Source: a virus (Duplodnaviria > Caudoviricetes). From it: 36,528 nt of DNA. A program made the translations under genes and the position numbers. The notes under the pieces were generated by a model. It searched no databases. It was not told where the DNA came from and worked only from the letters and a program-made list of their open reading frames with translations. The number at the start of each line of letters is the position of its first letter. Positions within the stretch are counted from its first letter, which is position 1. Shown one piece after another: positions 27,006-35,398 of the stretch. The stretch is taken from IMG/VR virus record IMGVR_UViG_3300010398_000020, positions 1 through 36,528 of that record; one strand, 5' to 3'.

Positions 27006-27542
27006 TTACGGGCGGAACACGCCCGTTTTGATTTCGTCAATCACCTTCACGGCTTCGTCCGTCGCCCACTTTTGCGGGTTTTCAAACAAACCGTCGGCTT
27101 GCGGAAATTCCCACGTGCGCCCGTTACTCAACGCGGCGTCGCGCGCGACACCCGGCTTGCGGCGGGACAAATACAATTCCTCGCCGATTTCGTAATCGGT
27201 GAGCCCCGCCTTTTCCATGATCTTGTCAATCTCTTTCATTTCGTCGTCGGTGTAGCGGCCGGCGACGATTTTGCGCTGCGCCTCGATAGCGTTGATTATC
27301 TTGTCGTGATCGGCCTTCTCTTTGGCCTTTCGTTCGCGCTCCGCCATTTCCTCGCGCAAATCCGCAACGTCGTCCGCCGGGAATGTGCGGGTCGGGTCGA
27401 TCTTTTTGACCAGTGCGCGAAACGGGCGCCCGGTTTCCTTGTTGCGACCAAGCGCGATTGCAAGGCGGCCGGCCGCCATCAATGTCGCTTCGTCAAACTC
27501 TGGCGTCGGTTGCGCGGTGTGGGGTTGGGGTTCGCCTGCCAT
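27006..27542 (-). CDS. Probable capsid scaffolding protein
   Basis: Charged helical 178 aa directly upstream of the major capsid gene. Confidence 0.65.
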   Translation of the reverse strand: MAGEPQPHTAQPTPEFDEATLMAAGRLAIALGRNKETGRPFRALVKKIDPTRTFPADDVADLREEMAERERKAKEKADHDKIINAIEAQRKIVAGRYTDDEMKEIDKIMEKAGLTDYEIGEELYLSRRKPGVARDAALSNGRTWEFPQADGLFENPQKWATDEAVKVIDEIKTGVFRP

Positions 27543-27543
27543 T

Positions 27544-27951
27544 TTAGTACCTCTTACCTTTCGCCTGCTTTTTCTGTCTGCCTGTCGGCTTGGCGCGTTC
27601 CTGCGGGTGTGTCGCGGGGAACATGCCGCCGATCATCATGCCTTCCATTGGCTTGTCCGGGTTAGGTCCGGCCATCCCGCGCGTGCGCCGGCGCGTCGCG
27701 CGATCCTGTTCAATGGAAAACACGCCTTCCAAAACTTGCGGTGCCGCGCGCGAAAGCCGTTCCCACGGATCGCGGTTCAAACCGAATGTGTTGTTGAGCC
27801 GGAAATATCTGTTTGGGTCGATATAAACGTCGTCGCGATAAGTGTCGCGCTGTTCTTCAAGGTTACCCGCCCGAAGGGACGTAAGCCGTTTAGCCCGCAA
27901 GTTGCTAGGCTTGGGCATTCGATGTCCGGGCGGGTTCCTCTTTTGCGGCAT
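27544..27951 (-). CDS. Basic hypothetical protein
   Basis: Fills the operon with 1-nt gaps on both sides. K/R-rich termini. Confidence 0.65.
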   Translation of the reverse strand: MPQKRNPPGHRMPKPSNLRAKRLTSLRAGNLEEQRDTYRDDVYIDPNRYFRLNNTFGLNRDPWERLSRAAPQVLEGVFSIEQDRATRRRTRGMAGPNPDKPMEGMMIGGMFPATHPQERAKPTGRQKKQAKGKRY

Positions 27952-27952
27952 G

Positions 27953-28153
27953 TCAGACCGGCCGGCCCTTGCGGGTCAAATCGCCCTTTTCGAGCGCGAG
28001 CGGTCGATCGGCTGTCGGCATATCGCCGGCGTTACCGAAGCCGCCGAGTTGCGGATACGACGACACATTTTGAAACATGCCGTTTTGTTTCTTGCGCATA
28101 CCGAGGTCGGACCCCGACACGCCGCGCGGTTTGAGATACGTGCTCTCTGCCAT
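27953..28153 (-). CDS. Small hypothetical protein
   Basis: AGGAGAGG RBS. 66 aa. Confidence 0.75.
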   Translation of the reverse strand: MAESTYLKPRGVSGSDLGMRKKQNGMFQNVSSYPQLGGFGNAGDMPTADRPLALEKGDLTRKGRPV

Positions 28154-28164
28154 GTTTGCCTCTC

Positions 28165-28656
28165 CTACTCCTCGCCTCCGCCCGGTGCGGGCGGAGGTGG
28201 AACGGGTGGACCGCCGGCGGCGCCGGGTCCTCCGGGCGGCGGCGCACCGCCTCCGGGTGGCAAGGCGGCCGGCGCGATACCCGGCGGCGGAGCCGCTTGC
28301 ATAGGCCCGCCGCCTCTCCGTGCCGCCAATGCCATTTGTTGAACCGCGCCCGGCACCATCTGTTGCGTTTCCTGTCCCGCAAAGTTTGGCGCGAGCGCGC
28401 GAATTGCGTGCATCGAAGCGAGATATTTTTTGGAGCCGATCGGATATGCGGCCATTGCCTTGTGGAGCCCTTGCAACACCATGACAATGATTGCGTCGGC
28501 CGCCGCCTCTTGACCCGCGCCGGCGCCCGCCGCTGTCATTGGACTACCACCGGGTCCGCCGGGTCCGCCCATCGGCGAGCCGGGGAGTGACGGACGTCCG
28601 GGGAGTGGACCGCCGGGTGTTGGGGGTGGAGCCGCGCCGGGTACTAGTGGTGGCAT
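28165..28656 (-). CDS. Pro/Gly-rich hypothetical protein with a central helical hairpin
   Basis: 163 aa. First gene after a putative promoter. No RBS. Confidence 0.7.
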   Translation of the reverse strand: MPPLVPGAAPPPTPGGPLPGRPSLPGSPMGGPGGPGGSPMTAAGAGAGQEAAADAIIVMVLQGLHKAMAAYPIGSKKYLASMHAIRALAPNFAGQETQQMVPGAVQQMALAARRGGGPMQAAPPPGIAPAALPPGGGAPPPGGPGAAGGPPVPPPPAPGGGEE

Positions 28657-28664
28657 GGCGCGTA

Positions 28665-28700
28665 TAAATAGCGCCGTTTAACTGATTGGTCAGCTTACAG
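28665..28700 (-). promoter_or_regulatory. Putative late promoter for the head genes
   Basis: CTGTAAG-CTGACC-17 bp-TATTTA. The 12-bp CTGTAAGCTGAC is shared with the element at 28989-29000. Confidence 0.55.
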
Positions 28701-28702
28701 AT

Positions 28703-28736
28703 AACAAAGCCCCCGCCGGCTCAAAACGACGGGGGC
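28703..28736 (-). terminator. Rho-independent terminator after the micropeptide genes
   Basis: Minus strand GCCCCCGTCG-ttttgagc-CGGCGGGGGC-TTTGTT. Confidence 0.75.
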
Positions 28737-28778
28737 AAGGTGAGTTGTGCGCTTGAGTGGTAGTGCGTGCGAGTTCGC

Positions 28779-28817
28779 TTACCGTCTCCCTCGCCGATGT
28801 TTCCTTCGTCGTGCCAT
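28779..28817 (-). CDS. Arg-rich micropeptide MARRRKHRRGRR (12 aa)
   Basis: GGAG RBS, ATG at 28817, TAA stop. Paralogous to the adjacent micro-ORF but with different Arg codons. Confidence 0.7.
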   Translation of the reverse strand: MARRRKHRRGRR

Positions 28818-28872
28818 TTCTACACTCCGATCAAAGAGTTGATCCCGAATTGTCGAAGCCGGTTGTTAGGGT

Positions 28873-28908
28873 CTACCGGCGACCGCGACGACGACGACGT
28901 GCCATCAT
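28873..28908 (-). CDS. Arg-rich micropeptide MMARRRRRGRR (10-11 aa)
   Basis: Strong GAGGGAGG RBS, ATG-ATG-GCA start, TAG stop. Confidence 0.72.
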   Translation of the reverse strand: MMARRRRRGRR

Positions 28909-28965
28909 ATGCCTCCCTCGTTGTTACCTCTCGGCGGGATTGCCGGGGCAAAGGGTCGATAGCCC

Positions 28966-29000
28966 ATCATAGAGAATAAACGGCGCCCGTCAGCTTACAG
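28966..29000 (-). promoter_or_regulatory. Putative promoter for the micropeptide cassette
   Basis: CTGTAAG-CTGACG-16 bp-TATGAT, starting right after the portal stop codon. Confidence 0.6.
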
Positions 29001-30731
29001 CTAGGCCGCCTTCTTGCCGCGCGTCCCGCCGCCGGGTGCACCTTGCGCCTTGGCGGCGGCGGCGGCTTGCGCCATCTGATTTTCTTGCGCCACCATCTTG
29101 CGAATGCCGGTAATCATCGCGTCGGCGCCCGGCGGGTTGAGCATTCGGATAAACATTTCGCGGTCGATCGACTTCGCCTTCAACAACAACGCGGCTAGCT
29201 CGCGGCTCTCGTTGGCAAACAGCGGCGAGTGCGAGTGACCGCTAATCCGCAAATTCCAATCGTCCGTTGCAAATTGCGCCGGATAGAATTGCTCGCCGCT
29301 TTTCACCCGGAGTTTTTCTTTCGAGTTGCGCTGTACCAACTTGATCCCGAGGTCACCCATCTTAACTAGCGGTTGTTCCATGTTGACGGCGATCTTGCGA
29401 ATGCGGCTAGAGCCGGTCGCCGCGAGTTGCTTGGCGTGGCCGCCGCCGCGGACGCCCGCCTCGCCTTTGCCGGTGACGGTTTCCGTGAGGCCCGACGCCT
29501 CCAAAAAGATTGACCCGATTTCCTTAAACTCGGTGAACAAATCTTGCGGCATTTCCGGCCGCATCGGCTCTACTTTCGCATTCGGGAGTTGGTCGAGCAC
29601 CCACGTGCCGGGACCGCCGAACGCACCGGCTTTCTCATCGTTGAGGCCCATGAACCCGGAGAACGCTTTAGGTGGGTCAACTTGCATTTCCAGAATTTCG
29701 GCAATTTGATCGAGCCGCTCGTTCGTCCACCGCTGGAGCGGAATAAGCCTGTCACAGTGCGCCTCTCCCCAAAAGAAATCCGGCAAGGTAAACGGCGTGA
29801 ACGGCACAAACGGGTGTTCGCCGGCCATGTAGGGGTTGGTTTCGGTGTTCCAATTTGCCGGGTCCGTTTCCGATCGGCGGCCTAGCGTCGCGATCGTCTC
29901 ACGGCTGTCGGTGAGGATAATGTCGGGTTGCGCAATCGTGCACACGACGTAATCATCGTGCACGTCATCCCACATCCACACTTCCTGAAATTCCACCGTC
30001 GGAAAATCGTTTTTCGGCTCATAGGTTGGAACCGGCGAGAACACCGCGGGCGCCATGCCGGCAATGTTGCCGGTGATATTGGTGCCGCCGGTGGCGCTAA
30101 TCATCAGCGCTTGAAACACCGGCGGGTACTCGGCGCGCTCGGTTCCCTGTGTCGTGCCTAGCTTTTTGATTTCGTCCTTCAAGCCGGCGCGCAACAGCCG
30201 GACAACCGCATTGTCCCACGGAATACGATAGCGATGTGTGAAAGCCTCTTGGTGGTCGAGGTCGGTATTGCTTTCATCAAAAACGCCGAAATTGGCGGGG
30301 TTGACAAGGGTGCCGTATAGCTGGCGCCGCTCATTTGACCATCCCATTTTGATGAACATTGTGTCGTTAACGAGCGACCACAACATTGCGTCGCCGGCGA
30401 GATAGGCAAGACCGCTATCGCGAAACACGTCATTCCAATGATCCTGCAATGCTAACGCTTGATCGACTAGTGCTTGCTCTTTGTTTTGCCCGACAGACAA
30501 ATCGTATTTGGCATAGTCGGCGGCGTATAAGAATGAGGCCACTAGGTCGAGGTGTGCTTGCAGCCGGTTGAATTTGACGCTCTCGGTTCTGTTGTTGTCG
30601 GTCCCGTACAGAAAGAACCGGCGCCGCAAATCATATAGGCTTCGCCGTTCCTCGCGCGACGACAGGCAAATGTCGCGCACCTCAAGCACCTTGTTGTCGC
30701 GGAATTTCTTGTTTGAGAGTGGGATTATCAT
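29001..30731 (-). CDS. Portal protein
   Basis: 576 aa downstream of terL. N.L, V.P.NF, HPFVPF...FWG...LIPLQ..N pattern and a helical C-terminus. Confidence 0.85.
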   Translation of the reverse strand: MIIPLSNKKFRDNKVLEVRDICLSSREERRSLYDLRRRFFLYGTDNNRTESVKFNRLQAHLDLVASFLYAADYAKYDLSVGQNKEQALVDQALALQDHWNDVFRDSGLAYLAGDAMLWSLVNDTMFIKMGWSNERRQLYGTLVNPANFGVFDESNTDLDHQEAFTHRYRIPWDNAVVRLLRAGLKDEIKKLGTTQGTERAEYPPVFQALMISATGGTNITGNIAGMAPAVFSPVPTYEPKNDFPTVEFQEVWMWDDVHDDYVVCTIAQPDIILTDSRETIATLGRRSETDPANWNTETNPYMAGEHPFVPFTPFTLPDFFWGEAHCDRLIPLQRWTNERLDQIAEILEMQVDPPKAFSGFMGLNDEKAGAFGGPGTWVLDQLPNAKVEPMRPEMPQDLFTEFKEIGSIFLEASGLTETVTGKGEAGVRGGGHAKQLAATGSSRIRKIAVNMEQPLVKMGDLGIKLVQRNSKEKLRVKSGEQFYPAQFATDDWNLRISGHSHSPLFANESRELAALLLKAKSIDREMFIRMLNPPGADAMITGIRKMVAQENQMAQAAAAAKAQGAPGGGTRGKKAA

Positions 30732-31255
30732 TTGAGCCCCTTCACCGCCGCCGCTATGTCGGCTTGTGTCAGATTGCTACTGCCGACGATTTCCGATCCG
30801 GCGCCTAGCTGTTGTCCCTGCTTACTAAGCCGCGCCGTCTGATTGATAATCCGCTCGCCTTTCATCTTGGCGCTAACCCCGGTCGGGACACACATGGCGC
30901 GCGGCTTGCCGTCCTCGCCGATCGCGAATTGTCCTTGCCACGCCGGCGCGGCTTGCATCCGAAACGGTATGACGTTCTTGGGAACCGGCGCCGGGGCGGC
31001 TCGCTGACCGGCGCGCGCGGAATTGAGGTTTGACATTCCGTAGTCGGCCGCGAGTTGTTTGAGGTCGGCGTCGGCTTGCCGTGTGCCGCCGCTCATAATG
31101 GCGATCGGCTTGGGCACCCATCGGACCCGGTTCCCGCGGCAACGCGGGCAATACTGCGCGTCGCGCTCGCTATCAAATTCGGTTAAGCAATTGCGGTTTA
31201 GGCAGAGGAATGATCTTCGCGGCACGGTCCGACCCCGTTTTACCGGCGCCAGCAT
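30728..31255 (-). CDS. Zn-ribbon (FmdB-like) protein
   Basis: FLCLNRNC..EF...CPRC. ATGA-coupled to the portal gene. Start uncertain. Confidence 0.7.
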   Translation of the reverse strand: MLAPVKRGRTVPRRSFLCLNRNCLTEFDSERDAQYCPRCRGNRVRWVPKPIAIMSGGTRQADADLKQLAADYGMSNLNSARAGQRAAPAPVPKNVIPFRMQAAPAWQGQFAIGEDGKPRAMCVPTGVSAKMKGERIINQTARLSKQGQQLGAGSEIVGSSNLTQADIAAAVKGLK

Positions 31256-31532
31256 AATCGCTAGCCGGCCGTTCGCAAACCTCCCACTTGAAACCTACCC
31301 GGACAAAATAGATTTGCCCGGCCATTATCTTCTCAATCACCGGACCAAATCGAGACAGGCATTTTGGCCCCGCGTCTTTGACGCCGTTGATGATTTCCCG
31401 CGCCGTCTGCGGCGCTATTCCGCAGTACCGGCATAGGGGCACGATCGGCACCCGCCGGCTCGGTTCCTTGTAATACGGGTCATAGATGAACCGTCTTAGC
31501 TCGCGCCTGATTTCACCCGCTGTGAGGCTCAT
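31173..31532 (-). CDS. Hypothetical protein, possibly HTH
   Basis: LCRYCGIAPQTAREII segment. GGGAG RBS. Confidence 0.6.
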   Translation of the reverse strand: MSLTAGEIRRELRRFIYDPYYKEPSRRVPIVPLCRYCGIAPQTAREIINGVKDAGPKCLSRFGPVIEKIMAGQIYFVRVGFKWEVCERPASDYAGAGKTGSDRAAKIIPLPKPQLLNRI

Positions 31533-31785
31533 TGTTGCTCCCGATCCCTTTGCATGATGGACACACCGCTCGGTCTTTCTTCAAGTCAATCACCCATCCA
31601 TGATCCCGCAACAATTCGGAAACCGCCACGCGGATTTTGTAGTTGCGCGTGACCCGCTCGCGCTTGTCGTAGTCGCGCGTGCGCTCGACAAATACAATGG
31701 GACTAGGGTCACCGCAGATTGCACACGTCGATCGGCAGGCAGACATTTCAAAAAACGATTTGTAGTCGTGCTGCGGCTCCGTCAT
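31513..31785 (-). CDS. Zn-finger hypothetical protein
   Basis: CAIC...HGW...CPSC. ATGA-coupled to terL. Confidence 0.72.
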   Translation of the reverse strand: MTEPQHDYKSFFEMSACRSTCAICGDPSPIVFVERTRDYDKRERVTRNYKIRVAVSELLRDHGWVIDLKKDRAVCPSCKGIGSNNEPHSG

Positions 31786-33614
31786 CCGGGTATCTCATCG
31801 TTAACCATGATTTTCGCCTCCTTGAGATAGTTCAATGCCATGCGCTGCACTTGAGTAGGTGTTGGGTTTTGCTCTGAATGTTGCGCTTTCAAATAGGTCA
31901 TGCCCATGCCGCGAAGCTTCTGGCGCGCCCACCGAACCCACGCCTCATGCGCGAGCGCGGCCGCGATTACGCGATCGTCTTTCTTGCGTCCCTCCGCTTG
32001 GATTTGTCCGTTTTCATAAACGATGGATTTCATTTCCTCTAGCAAGTGCATTGAATTGAGAATGTGCCGTTGCAATTCAAAACTGTCCTTGTACCCGGTC
32101 ATCATCGCTAGCTTGTTGTCCATCGTCATGCGCCATTGATAGGCAAGCTCGCCGGCCATTGCGTCCGGGCGCCGGTAGAGGAAATGCCGCATGGCGTTTA
32201 GGACGTTGCGGAGCGCTTCTTTGCCTTTGGGCGGTTGCTGCATGACTTGTTCGCGGAGGTCGTTGAGCGCTTGGAACACCGTGGTCCCCGGCCCGGAAAT
32301 TTCCAAGTTAACGAGCGCTCCCGCTGCCCCGGAGTAGTAGCCCGCAAGGTGAGCGAGCACCCAAGCACATTGATATGTTGACACTGTTGGGGAGACAAAT
32401 TCAGCGACTTGCACAAGTCGGTCGGCATAGGCCCGTGCAACATGAATGACTGTACGATCGGCGGTGTCGCTTGATCCGTAAGCTGGATCGCAACCAATAA
32501 CGTAGTGTCCATGCGGGTGCGCCTCCTCCCAAATCTTTAGCTCGGCGCGTGCCAGTGCGGCCGGCACAACGGCGAGGTCCGTCCACTCAAGCCCGATCAC
32601 GTAGCGATATGGCGACAACGCTTGGTGCCGCGCGCGGCGCATACTGTCGGTCAAGCTTTCGTTGGTGAAAAACTTAGAGCCGGTCGCGACAAACGCATCC
32701 TCGGGCACCCACGGAAACATTTCGTCCATCTTCATTTGGTCACCGCCGGCGTCGTCGTCTAGCTTCCAGCGATACCAAGCGATTTGCTCAATCGCGATTG
32801 TAAATCCGTACACCTCTTTTACGAGATTGAACCGCTTGCGCTCTAGCGCGGTTAGTTTTTCGTCATCGCCCGCCGGACAATATACCGTAAACCGCGGGTC
32901 CTCGCGATTGAAGCGATAGAGTTCGTTGCGCCACCATCCTACGAAAATGAATTTTTGCGTCCGGCTGTCCTGCGCCGTCTGACACATATCCTCGTAGTGA
33001 TTGAACCCGTTGGCGGTGCTCTCGTAAATCTGTAGTCTATGCGGATAGTGCGTTGAGAGCGTGGCGCGTAATTCGTTCAAGTCTTGTTCGTTGCCCCAAA
33101 ACGCCACCTCGGTTGCGTGCAGAAAATTGAACGCACCCGATCGTCCAAGGTTCGTCGCTGTCCGCTCTTTCACGCCGGCTACCAAATACTGAAACGTCGA
33201 TCCGTTCTTCAGGATCAACATGGTGCGGTTATGTTTGGCATAGCGGATTTTGTGCGTGCGCGGCAAATGATTGAAATATGTCTCAATGATGTTGCGAAAT
33301 TGATCTCGGGATTGCTCGTTGTGCGTGGCGAACGCTCCCGCGAGCCCCGCGTGCTCGAAAGCCCAAAACAAATCCAACGCGATGAAAGCCGTGCTCATCC
33401 CAAGCTGGCGCGCTTTGAGGATTATGAACGTAGTGATACCGCGAGAAAGCCCCTCGTCAATTTCATCGAGCACGTATTGTTGCGTCCCCAACAACGAGAA
33501 CGGGATCAATCCGAAATCTTTGGTGATGATTTTAAGTTGCTTGATGAAACCAAGGAACCGCTCAGTCGGGAACGGCGCGACGTGAGGTAGCGGGACTTGC
33601 TTCGGCTTGTGCAT
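31782..33614 (-). CDS. terL: Terminase large subunit
   Basis: Walker A LKARQLGMST, Walker B FLHATE, coupling motif ESTANG, nuclease motifs IGCDPAYG and KDDRVIA. Confidence 0.95.
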   Translation of the reverse strand: MHKPKQVPLPHVAPFPTERFLGFIKQLKIITKDFGLIPFSLLGTQQYVLDEIDEGLSRGITTFIILKARQLGMSTAFIALDLFWAFEHAGLAGAFATHNEQSRDQFRNIIETYFNHLPRTHKIRYAKHNRTMLILKNGSTFQYLVAGVKERTATNLGRSGAFNFLHATEVAFWGNEQDLNELRATLSTHYPHRLQIYESTANGFNHYEDMCQTAQDSRTQKFIFVGWWRNELYRFNREDPRFTVYCPAGDDEKLTALERKRFNLVKEVYGFTIAIEQIAWYRWKLDDDAGGDQMKMDEMFPWVPEDAFVATGSKFFTNESLTDSMRRARHQALSPYRYVIGLEWTDLAVVPAALARAELKIWEEAHPHGHYVIGCDPAYGSSDTADRTVIHVARAYADRLVQVAEFVSPTVSTYQCAWVLAHLAGYYSGAAGALVNLEISGPGTTVFQALNDLREQVMQQPPKGKEALRNVLNAMRHFLYRRPDAMAGELAYQWRMTMDNKLAMMTGYKDSFELQRHILNSMHLLEEMKSIVYENGQIQAEGRKKDDRVIAAALAHEAWVRWARQKLRGMGMTYLKAQHSEQNPTPTQVQRMALNYLKEAKIMVNDEIPG

Positions 33615-33626
33615 CTGCGTGGTTTA

Positions 33627-33908
33627 TCACGCGCGCTCCGGTAGCTCTAGCCGGCCATCCCGCTTGCGCGGCCACCACGCCCAACAACCAAATTCAAAAC
33701 CCGCCGCCTCAACCGGGTCCTTGAATGTCTCCGGTAGCTGCGCCGACGGATTGCCGGTCACGTCGCCGTCGGCGAGATACATCCGCCCGATTTCCCAAGC
33801 GTAGTCGCGCGCGAATTTCTCTTTTTCGGTGTGTCCGCTCGCAACCGCAAGGTCGATCAATCGCCGCACAAAGCGCTTTAGCCACGCCTCTTGCTCATCG
33901 CTATACAT
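33627..33908 (-). CDS. Hypothetical protein
   Basis: GAGG RBS. 93 aa, upstream of terL. No small-terminase motif recognised. Confidence 0.65.
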   Translation of the reverse strand: MYSDEQEAWLKRFVRRLIDLAVASGHTEKEKFARDYAWEIGRMYLADGDVTGNPSAQLPETFKDPVEAAGFEFGCWAWWPRKRDGRLELPERA

Positions 33909-34369
33909 GGTGCTGCCGCCTCTACGGGGGTCAATTCAACCCGTATGCCCTCGGGCACGTCTCCCGGCTCCACCACAAGCCGGCGCAAGTATCGCGGGGC
34001 ATCGTCGGGAATTAACTCCACCCGTCGGAGGTAATCGAGCACGACTTTCGGCGTGTTGTCAAAATCTATTCGGTGTTTTTCAGAAACCAGTATTCGGCAC
34101 TCAAACGCGCCGGTCATCTTGACTTGGTGCGGTTTGATTTTTTGCAGGATCAACCGCGCGTTGGCGCGATCTTTCCAGAGGTTCGCTTTCTTGTAGCCCT
34201 CCCAATCGATCCGCCGGGTGACGTTGAGGCTCGGCGGCGTCGGGAGGTCGAATGTCAGCGGCGCGCCCGTCGCATCCTCCGCCCGCGCTTGACCACCCCG
34301 GAGGCCGCTCGGATCGCCGTGCCCTTGGAGGCGCCCCGCGAGCGCATACTGTCGTAGACGTGCTGCCAC
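33878..34369 (-). CDS. rusA: RusA-like Holliday junction resolvase
   Basis: LPTPPSLN...RIDFDNTPKVVLDYL...IPDD motif. Start codon uncertain. Confidence 0.82.
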   Translation of the reverse strand: MAARLRQYALAGRLQGHGDPSGLRGGQARAEDATGAPLTFDLPTPPSLNVTRRIDWEGYKKANLWKDRANARLILQKIKPHQVKMTGAFECRILVSEKHRIDFDNTPKVVLDYLRRVELIPDDAPRYLRRLVVEPGDVPEGIRVELTPVEAAAPCIAMSKRRG

Positions 34370-34422
34370 TGGCGCGCCTTGCGCGGGGTGTTCGCCTTGC
34401 GGGTGAACCGTTCAGCGGGCAT
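34255..34422 (-). CDS. Small very basic protein (55 aa, ChaB-like; not in ORF track)
   Basis: MPAERFTRKANTPRKARQWQHVYDSMRSRGASKGTAIRAASGVVKRGRRMRRARR. The start overlaps the end of the upstream gene. Confidence 0.65.
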   Translation of the reverse strand: MPAERFTRKANTPRKARQWQHVYDSMRSRGASKGTAIRAASGVVKRGRRMRRARR

Positions 34423-34555
34423 TTTTGAACACTAACACAAGCAGCGCGCCAAGTATTGCGCCGTGTATCGCGCTGTCGCCGCCGGTGAATTGTCCCGCGA
34501 CATAACCGGCGACGCCTAACACAATGACGGTCGCAACGCCGGGGATCGAAGGCAT
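34412..34555 (-). CDS. Small two-TM membrane protein (47 aa; not in ORF track)
   Basis: MPSIPGVATVIVLGVAGYVAGQFTGGDSAIHGAILGALLVLVFKNAR. ATG abuts the upstream TAA. GAGG RBS. Confidence 0.65.
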   Translation of the reverse strand: MPSIPGVATVIVLGVAGYVAGQFTGGDSAIHGAILGALLVLVFKNAR

Positions 34556-34747
34556 TTACGCCGCCTCTTGGTCCTCGGCTTCCTCCTCCGCCTCCGCCGC
34601 GCGCTTCATCCACACCCGCACATGCGCGCCGCCGGACGTCGGATCGGCAAAGCAAAAATCCCAACCGTCGGCGCCTAGCGCATTCAACGCCGTTTCGCCG
34701 GCGGCCGGATCGGTGTTGAGAACGTCCACATATTTAAACTCCCACAT
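34556..34747 (-). CDS. DUF4177-like small protein
   Basis: WEFK...LNALGADGWD...MKR signature. Confidence 0.75.
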   Translation of the reverse strand: MWEFKYVDVLNTDPAAGETALNALGADGWDFCFADPTSGGAHVRVWMKRAAEAEEEAEDQEAA

Positions 34748-34749
34748 CC

Positions 34750-34995
34750 TCAGTCTCCCATGCTCGCATGTAGGCCCGCGACTATAGCGTGTTGCAAGCC
34801 TAATAACACCTCCTGCGCCGTTAAAAGAACAGCCGCCTTCTCCGGCTCGCCGGCGTCTTGCGCCTGCCGTATCGCCAGCGCCCGTTGGTCAATGTTGTTC
34901 TGCAACATCGTCGAGAACGCCAGCCAATTCATTTCCGGGTTTAGCGGCGGCGCGCGTCCCGCCCTAGTCAACGGTAGCTCGCCCGATAGTTTCAT
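34750..34995 (-). CDS. Hypothetical helical protein
   Basis: ATG 34995 overlaps the upstream stop (ATGA). Confidence 0.65.
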   Translation of the reverse strand: MKLSGELPLTRAGRAPPLNPEMNWLAFSTMLQNNIDQRALAIRQAQDAGEPEKAAVLLTAQEVLLGLQHAIVAGLHASMGD

Positions 34996-35234
34996 GCTGT
35001 TAATGCCTTGATTGCCCACATGACGCTTTCCTCTAACGCCGTCGTCGCCAGCGCCCGATAGCGCTGATCTTTCGACGCTTGCATATACAATTCCTCTAGT
35101 TCCTCGGCGCGCGTCTTAATCAAATCATGCAACGCCATTTCCTCGGTTGTCAGCTTGCGATAGCGCGGCCGAAACCGCGACACCTCAATATCGCCTTCCT
35201 GCCGCTTGTCCGGCTCGCCTTGAAACTGGCTCAT
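34992..35234 (-). CDS. Acb2/Tad1-family nucleotide-signal sponge-like protein (80 aa)
   Basis: Start MSQFQG at 35234. YRKLTTEE...IK..AEEL...RYRALATTALEESVMWAIKAL resembles Acb2 (YRxLSxEE) and Tad1 (LAxTxLEExxMW) motifs. Confidence 0.72.
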   Translation of the reverse strand: MSQFQGEPDKRQEGDIEVSRFRPRYRKLTTEEMALHDLIKTRAEELEELYMQASKDQRYRALATTALEESVMWAIKALTA

Positions 35235-35398
35235 TCTTGCTCCCGATCTAGCCGGCGAACGTCGCGGCCACGTTGAAACGCGCCGTCCAGCACCCACAGC
35301 ACTACCAGCACCGCGCCTAACACCCACAACAACAAGACCAGCACAATTACTGACACTCTTTGTCCTGCAACGTGAGCAACGCTTGTTGCCTCACTCAT
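35231..35398 (-). CDS. Small single-TM membrane protein
   Basis: Start MSEATS at 35398. Hydrophobic VSVIVLVLLLWVLGAVLVVLWVL. Confidence 0.65.
   Translation of the reverse strand: MSEATSVAHVAGQRVSVIVLVLLLWVLGAVLVVLWVLDGAFQRGRDVRRLDREQE

Noticed and set aside
28905-28970. 21-codon ORF MMGYRPFAP... upstream of the micropeptides
   Set aside because: Its start lies inside the predicted -10 box and it has no RBS.
33627-33908. Candidate small terminase by position
   Set aside because: No recognisable terS HTH or oligomerisation pattern, so it is left as hypothetical.
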